Assembly: GCF_008189525.1 (NCBI RefSeq)
Contig: NZ_CP043314.1
Location: 540,001-572,000 of the forward strand
DNA: 32,000 nt
Reading direction: 5' to 3'
DNA from: Candidatus Saccharimonadota bacterium
GTDB taxonomy: Bacteria; Pseudomonadota; Alphaproteobacteria; CAJXXZ01; 1604HC
Shown here one piece after another: positions 26,841-32,000 of this stretch; position 1 is the stretch's first letter, and each line of letters starts with the position of its first letter. Both the position numbers and the translations under genes were made by a program. The notes under the pieces are model-generated. The model saw nothing but the letters and a program-made list of their open reading frames with translations, had not been told where the DNA came from and made no database searches.

Positions 26841-27500
26841 CTAACCTATATATTTTCTTAGCAATTCTGGATCTGGGCTTATTTCATCAAAAAACCTTAA
26901 ATAAACATAACCTTTTTTGATAAAACCTGGTCCTTCCCAACATTCTGCACTATTAGTTTTGGCAGGAACTATATTCATACCTACTTCTTTGGCAAGCTTG
27001 AATGCACCTTTCTTGTAAGGCACTTCTTTTCCTATAGGCACCCTAGTACCTTCAGGGAAAATAACCAATGTTTTCCCTTCTTTAAAGGCATCTTTAGCCT
27101 TGTCCATCCATCCAAAATTATACGTAGCTCTATCTATTGCAATCATATTCATCTTTTTCATATATATAGAAAATAAAGGAACTTTCATTATGGATTTTTT
27201 CATTATAAAAACAGGTCTTTCCAAAACAGAAAGTAACATTATAATTTCGTAATATGATTGATGATTACAACATATAATCTTAGGGCCTGGCTTAAGTTTG
27301 TGCAAATCTATAATTTCACTAGAAATACCGAAAACTCTACCTATAAACAAAAAACTTTTAGCCCAAATCTTTACACTCTTATAAACCATCTTTTCAGAAA
27401 ACAGAAAGGGGAGAGAAATTATAAAAAAGATTACTGCATATGTATACATAACAAATATAAAAAAATAAGATTTAATAGCACGAAGCAACTTAACAACCAT
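26841..27500 (-). CDS. plsC: 1-acyl-sn-glycerol-3-phosphate acyltransferase
   Basis: It has an N-terminal transmembrane segment. Acyltransferase block I is NHQSYYE (HX4E rather than HX4D), and block III is FPEGTR. Confidence 0.85.
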   Translation of the reverse strand: MVVKLLRAIKSYFFIFVMYTYAVIFFIISLPFLFSEKMVYKSVKIWAKSFLFIGRVFGISSEIIDLHKLKPGPKIICCNHQSYYEIIMLLSVLERPVFIMKKSIMKVPLFSIYMKKMNMIAIDRATYNFGWMDKAKDAFKEGKTLVIFPEGTRVPIGKEVPYKKGAFKLAKEVGMNIVPAKTNSAECWEGPGFIKKGYVYLRFFDEISPDPELLRKYIG

Positions 27501-27538
27501 CTACACATGATATACTTTTTTATGATACAATCAATCTT

Positions 27539-27625
27539 GGACAGATGGCTGAGTGGCTGAAAGCACCGGTCTTGAAAACCGGCAAATGTGCAAGCATTTC
27601 GTGGGTTCAAATCCCACTCTGTCCG
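27539..27625 (+). tRNA. tRNA-Ser (anticodon UGA), class II with a long variable arm; CCA is not encoded
   Basis: I folded the cloverleaf by hand. The acceptor stem is GGACAGA/TCTGTCC with discriminator G. The D arm is GCT..AGC. The anticodon stem is CCGGT/ACCGG with loop CT-TGA-AA. The variable arm is AAATG..CATTT. The T arm is GTGGG-TTCAAAT-CCCAC. Confidence 0.95.
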
Positions 27626-27900
27626 TTTTTGTAAAACTATTAGTAAACTCAATAAATTTAAGAAGCACCTCTAAAAGCACTTCAGTTGTAAAAGTCAGAA
27701 TACAATTAAAATAAAAAAAATATTAAAGCATTCCTAATTAAAAAACTACTAATCTATCTTTTAAATACTTTAAGAATAAATGAAGTGTCAATCAGAGAAG
27801 TAAAAATGCTCAACATAAAAATAAAAATGCATCAGAAAATATAATACTATAAAATTCGTACATATTTTTTTATAACAAACTGTTTTCAGATCATGTCAGA

Positions 27901-29628
27901 TCATTCCACTGTTACAGATTTAGCTAAATTCCTGGGATTATCCACAGAAACACCTTTGCTCAAAGCAAGGTCATAAGCTAACCACTGGAATGGAAGTATA
28001 TATACAAAAGGAGCCAGATCATCTTCTACGTAAGGCATTTTTACAGTCATATACAAGTGAGTAAATATCTCAGGCTTATCTGTTAGAACGACAACTTTTC
28101 CTCCTCTTGTATTTATTTCTTCTATAGAGCTTAGTATTTTTGTCCAAAATGGGCTTGAAGAAGGAGCCATAACTATAAGAATTTTTCCTGAATCTACCAA
28201 AGCAAGAGGACCATGCTTCAGTTCACTCAAGCTCATACCTTCAGAATGAATATAAGCCAATTCTTTTATTTTTAAGGAAGCTTCTTTAGTGATCGGCACC
28301 AAATTACCTCTAGCCAAAATAATCAAGTTATCTTTATTAGAACAAGCTGCAGAAACTGGCCCAGCTAACTTAGGAATTATTTCTAAAAATGAATTCATTT
28401 CTTTAAAAAGATCATATAATTCTGTAGTTCTATCTACTCCTGCAAGTTTTGAAGTCCATATAAACAAAGAAAGCATTTGCCCTGTCATAGCTTTAGTAGA
28501 AGCAACACTTATTTCATGGCCTGCAAATGTAGGAATTAGATAATCCACTTCTCTAGCAATTGCGCTTCCCATACTATTTATAAACCCAATAGTTTTTTTA
28601 TCCTTCTTGGCTCTTCTTAGAGCTGCTATAGTATCAGCAGTTTCTCCAGACTGGGAAACAAGACCAACCAAACCACTATTTATGTTATTTACCCATTCTG
28701 ATGCTATACATGCATTAACAGGTATTTTTGCTATCTTTTCTATCCAGTGCTTTCCAACGCAACTTGCATAATAAGCACTTCCACATCCTAGTAAATGTAT
28801 GTATTCCGGAGTATCCATCTCTGGCCATTTGAAATTATTAATACTCTTAAGAACATTCATTAAAACAACTGGCTGGCTATAAAACTCACTCATATACCAA
28901 GTTTGTTGAGATCTATCATTATTGTCTATCTTTATTATTTCTCTCTTTTTATTGTTGAAATTCGGCAAAACATGTATGTCATTTGGGGCAACATATCCAT
29001 ATTGTCCATCTTCTAAATCAAAAACATGATCAGCTATTCCAGATAAAGCAGAACAATCTGATGAAACACACGCATAATCTTTTCCAACAGATATAGAAAT
29101 TGGGCTCAATCCCTTTCTAACAAAATAAATTTTATTTTGATCATTAAGATCTAAGAAAGACACAGCAAAAGATCCTTCTAAAGTTTCACATATTTTTTGT
29201 AAAACAAGATCCCAATCATTATTAAACTTTTGCAAATAATCGTAAGCCATTTTTAATAACACTTCAGTATCAGTTTCAGTTTTCCATTCATAATCTGTAG
29301 ATGATTCTTTGATTTCTAAATGATTTTCTATGATTCCATTATGAACCAAAGCTATATTCATATAAACAAATGGCTGACTATTTCTTATACTTCTAGAACC
29401 ATGAGTAGCCCATCTAGTATGACCTATTCCTATTTTTCCATTCATATTTTTTAGATATTTTTCTAAATTAGATACAGATCCAAGCTCTTTATATACATCA
29501 AATTCACTTTCATCTACAATGCACATCCCACAAGAGTCATACCCTCTGTACTGCAGTATCTTCAACCCTTGAAATAATGAGTCACTAACATTTTCAGTCT
29601 TATGGACTATTCCTATTAACCCGCACAT
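27901..29628 (-). CDS. glmS: Glutamine--fructose-6-phosphate aminotransferase
   Basis: It has the N-terminal nucleophile MCG, two SIS domains (SQSGETADT) and the canonical C-terminus PRNLAKSVTVE. Confidence 0.95.
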   Translation of the reverse strand: MCGLIGIVHKTENVSDSLFQGLKILQYRGYDSCGMCIVDESEFDVYKELGSVSNLEKYLKNMNGKIGIGHTRWATHGSRSIRNSQPFVYMNIALVHNGIIENHLEIKESSTDYEWKTETDTEVLLKMAYDYLQKFNNDWDLVLQKICETLEGSFAVSFLDLNDQNKIYFVRKGLSPISISVGKDYACVSSDCSALSGIADHVFDLEDGQYGYVAPNDIHVLPNFNNKKREIIKIDNNDRSQQTWYMSEFYSQPVVLMNVLKSINNFKWPEMDTPEYIHLLGCGSAYYASCVGKHWIEKIAKIPVNACIASEWVNNINSGLVGLVSQSGETADTIAALRRAKKDKKTIGFINSMGSAIAREVDYLIPTFAGHEISVASTKAMTGQMLSLFIWTSKLAGVDRTTELYDLFKEMNSFLEIIPKLAGPVSAACSNKDNLIILARGNLVPITKEASLKIKELAYIHSEGMSLSELKHGPLALVDSGKILIVMAPSSSPFWTKILSSIEEINTRGGKVVVLTDKPEIFTHLYMTVKMPYVEDDLAPFVYILPFQWLAYDLALSKGVSVDNPRNLAKSVTVE

Positions 29629-29632
29629 AAAT

Positions 29633-31090
29633 TCACTTCCTCTTTGTTAACTCTTTCTGCCCTGCTCTTGCAACGCATGTACTACCATCAGAAACATCTT
29701 TAGTAATTACACTTCCTGCTCCAATAACGCTCCTTGCTCCTATAGAAACAGGGGATACATATGTTGTATTTCCTCCTAGGAAAGCACTCTCTCCAACAGT
29801 TGAAGAGTGTTTATCCTTCCCATCATAATTACAAAAAACAGCTCCAGCTCCAACATTAACATTTTTTTCTATTTTTACATCTCCCAAATAGCATAAATGT
29901 TTAGCTTTAGAGCCTTTTCCTAGAAAGCACTTCTTAGTCTCCACAAAAGATCCTACAGAAGAGTTTTCCATAAGGATAGTGCCTGCTCTTAAATTTGCAA
30001 AAGGACCAACAGTGCAGCTTTCATTTATCGTAGAATTTTCTATAACGGTAAAGGATTTAATTCTGGCATTTTTCTTTATACATACCCCTGTTCCTAAAAC
30101 AACATGAGGCTCAATTATTACATTTGTATCTATTTTAGTATCAAAAGATAAAGTTACCGAGCTTGGATCCAAGAAACATACACCTCTATCTATCGCTTCC
30201 TCTTTCCATTTTCTTTGCAAGGATTCAACTGCTAAAGAATATTCCCCTAAAGTATTTATACCTGTAACAAAATTAGTTTCTATCATACCAACTTTTAGTC
30301 CGATTTTATTAGCTATTTCTACACATTCTGTAAGATAATACTCTCCATTTGTATCCTGAATTTTACTAAGCAATCTTTCTGCTATATTTTTGTTTCTAAA
30401 AACAAACCAGCCTGCATTGAAAAACTCAGTTTCTTTAGGAAAAACCTTAGCTTCCTTAATTGATTCAACTACTCCTTTTTCAATGATTATTCTGCCATAC
30501 TGGTTTGGCAAACTCGAATATAAGTCTTTCCTAAATCCACCTAGAGCGACATCATTTCCATTTTTCATTGCATGCAAAGCTTTATTTATATCACCATGAG
30601 AAACTAAAGGAGAGTCTCCTAGCAAAATAACTATAGGTTCAAAATTATCAATCAAGTCAAGCGAACTTTGTACTGCATGACCAGTGCCAAGCTGCTTTTT
30701 CTGTATGCAATAACTAACTCCATTCAATTCATTCTTATCGAATTCATCATTAACTACCACTATTACTTCAGATTTCAAATTAGTAGTTTTTTCATTAGAT
30801 ATTACATCATGATTCTTTGTTCCAGAATTATGATCTAAGTCTCCTTGAATATGTTTGTCGTGTTTTTCATTTAATACATTTTCTTCTGAATCTGAATTTA
30901 TAGCTCCAATATCCTCTTCGCTCACAGGTAGATTATTTAAATCATGAACTATATCTATTACATAATCTATTATTCTCTTTCCACATAAGTTCATTAAAAT
31001 TTTCGAACCTAATTTAAATCTAGAACTTTTTCCAGCTGCCAAAATAATAGCATTTATAGATTTAAATGCTTTATAATCTTCAGAGTACAT
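29633..31090 (-). CDS. glmU: Bifunctional GlcNAc-1-P uridyltransferase / GlcN-1-P acetyltransferase with an insertion of about 55 aa
   Basis: It has LAAGKSSRF (a variant of LAAGKGTRM), QLGTGHAV and left-handed beta-helix hexapeptide repeats in the C-terminal half. Its stop is 4 nt upstream of the glmS start (29629-32 spacer), matching the conserved glmU-glmS order. Confidence 0.9.
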   Translation of the reverse strand: MYSEDYKAFKSINAIILAAGKSSRFKLGSKILMNLCGKRIIDYVIDIVHDLNNLPVSEEDIGAINSDSEENVLNEKHDKHIQGDLDHNSGTKNHDVISNEKTTNLKSEVIVVVNDEFDKNELNGVSYCIQKKQLGTGHAVQSSLDLIDNFEPIVILLGDSPLVSHGDINKALHAMKNGNDVALGGFRKDLYSSLPNQYGRIIIEKGVVESIKEAKVFPKETEFFNAGWFVFRNKNIAERLLSKIQDTNGEYYLTECVEIANKIGLKVGMIETNFVTGINTLGEYSLAVESLQRKWKEEAIDRGVCFLDPSSVTLSFDTKIDTNVIIEPHVVLGTGVCIKKNARIKSFTVIENSTINESCTVGPFANLRAGTILMENSSVGSFVETKKCFLGKGSKAKHLCYLGDVKIEKNVNVGAGAVFCNYDGKDKHSSTVGESAFLGGNTTYVSPVSIGARSVIGAGSVITKDVSDGSTCVARAGQKELTKRK

Positions 31091-31349
31091 GGACTATTTT
31101 ATACATAAACTCAACATAAATCAAAATGGATAATATGTAGATAATATAAGAAACCCAAAGCTAAAACCGCAATATCCAACTAAGAGCTCATATTTTCTTT
31201 AAAAAGACATTTCTAACAATAGAGTAATAAATTTCAATAAATTGTATAACCTGAAACAAAGCTGAATATACAAAAAGTCTGAATATAAAAATCAATTAAG
31301 CATGTAAATTAAATTAAATATAGTTATAAAGATAAGGAAATATTATATT

Positions 31350-32000
31350 TTATTTTAAGCTGTTTCTGATATCTTCTATTTCACACATTACTGAAGCATC
31401 TTGCTTGGAAAGCTTTTCTACTTGCCTAATGCTATATAAAGCAGTTGTATGATCTTTTCCTCCAAATAATCTACCTATTTCAGGCAAAGAGCTATCTGTC
31501 ATATCTCTACACAAAAACATTGCGAACTGCCTAGCCTTAACTATTACTTTCTTCCTGCTAGAAGACATTATATCTGATTCATGTATAGAATAATGGACAC
31601 AAACTTTCTTAAGAATATCTTCTTTTGTGATCTTTTTCTTTGCTGTAAAATCATTCAGTACACTTTTTGCAACCTCTATAGTTATAGGTCTATTAAACAT
31701 TTCGAAATATGCAAAAACTCTATTTAGAGCTCCAGATAATTCTCTTACATTACTTGTAACATGCTCAGCTATAAACTCTAAAACCTTTGGGTCAACTTTT
31801 TTACTTTCAGTTTTTTCTTTTAAGATACTTAACCTAAGTTCATATGTAGCGGGGTAAACATTAACTACTAATCCACTACCAAGCCTGGATCTCAATCTTT
31901 CTTCTATACCAGAAAGCTCAGATGGAGGTTTGTCAGCTGAAATCACTAACTGCTTGCTTTGAGAAATAAGATATACAAAAGTATGGAAAAATTCTTCCTG
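31350..32000 (-). CDS. dnaA: Chromosomal replication initiator DnaA, C-terminal part; the 5' end lies beyond the right window edge
   Basis: The frame is open to position 32000 (QEEFFHTFVYLISQSKQLVISADKPPSEL). It contains sensor/box VII-VIII blocks (NVRELSGALNRV) and the domain IV DNA-binding helix (GGKDHTTALYSIRQVE). Confidence 0.93.
   Translation of the reverse strand, partial: QEEFFHTFVYLISQSKQLVISADKPPSELSGIEERLRSRLGSGLVVNVYPATYELRLSILKEKTESKKVDPKVLEFIAEHVTSNVRELSGALNRVFAYFEMFNRPITIEVAKSVLNDFTAKKKITKEDILKKVCVHYSIHESDIMSSSRKKVIVKARQFAMFLCRDMTDSSLPEIGRLFGGKDHTTALYSIRQVEKLSKQDASVMCEIEDIRNSLK

Noticed and set aside
987-27560. Numerous 60-130-aa ORFs antisense to or nested in confident genes, for example 987-1286, 2171-2377, 2798-3016, 3497-3709, 6218-6448, 8498-8779, 10212-10457, 10474-10866, 11801-12019, 12075-13243, 13592-14071, 15418-15753, 16453-16851, 17516-17704, 21886-22110, 22512-22703, 23304-23618, 24887-25129, 25796-26356, 27258-27560, 28289-28543, 30390-30599 and 31627-31857
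   Set aside because: Each is fully overlapped by a longer ORF with clear family motifs on the other strand or frame. Their translations are low-complexity or hydrophobic mirror images with no motifs. I treat them as shadow ORFs, although the antisense frames of 100 aa or more in rsmD, smpB and mltG are somewhat long for an AT-rich genome.
27431-27652. 73-aa minus-strand ORF
   Set aside because: It overlaps the hand-folded tRNA-Ser(UGA) gene and the plsC 5' end. It is an artefact.
1-32000. CRISPR arrays, IS elements or transposases, integrases next to tRNA-Ser, prophage genes, Rickettsia-palindromic-element-like inserts, alternative genetic code (UGA=Trp)
   Set aside because: There are no regularly spaced repeats and no recombinase-like ORFs. 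The 275 bp after tRNA-Ser is non-coding. The in-frame inserts share no sequence or palindromic structure. All conserved genes translate full-length with the standard code, and hflK, hflC and glmS end at TGA.

Overview
This is a visibly AT-rich chromosomal segment with long stop-rich spacers. It reads as core genome of a reduced, obligately intracellular alphaproteobacterium (Rickettsiales/Holosporales-like); that identity is an inference from gene content. Content:
- Energy parasitism: two divergent ATP/ADP translocase (tlc) paralogues.
- Alphaproteobacterial cell-cycle genes: mipZ and a chpT-like ORF.
- ISC Fe-S assembly: iscS-iscU and iscA.
- DAP, peptidoglycan and envelope genes: asd, dapA, glmU-glmS, mltG, plsC, lepB, hflK-hflC.
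- Translation and RNA genes: gltX, rsmD, smpB, rnc, a truncated rpsA, tRNA-Ser(UGA).
- Replication and repair genes: dnaA, recJ, comM.

I can support 28 CDS (gltX and dnaA run off the window edges), one tRNA, two small direct-repeat clusters and two ribosome-binding sites. I see no CRISPR array, transposase, integrase, phage gene, toxin-antitoxin pair or recognisable defence island. I cannot honestly point to a clear novel multi-gene system.

The unusual signals are at single-gene scale:
- rpsA is cut down to the two ribosome-docking S1 domains and is followed by a 551-bp dead spacer.
- Several intact ORFs carry substitutions at canonical catalytic residues: two alpha/beta hydrolases, PlsC, RsmD and DapA.
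- Low-complexity in-frame insertions or extensions occur in GltX, GlmU, RecJ, IscS and Tlc.
- A perfect 21-bp tandem duplication lies inside the tlc 5' extension.
- comM homology continues upstream of any canonical start codon.
- A heptamer/17-mer repeat cluster sits at the hflC 3' end.
- DnaA-box-like 9-mers lie in the dnaA-glmU spacer.
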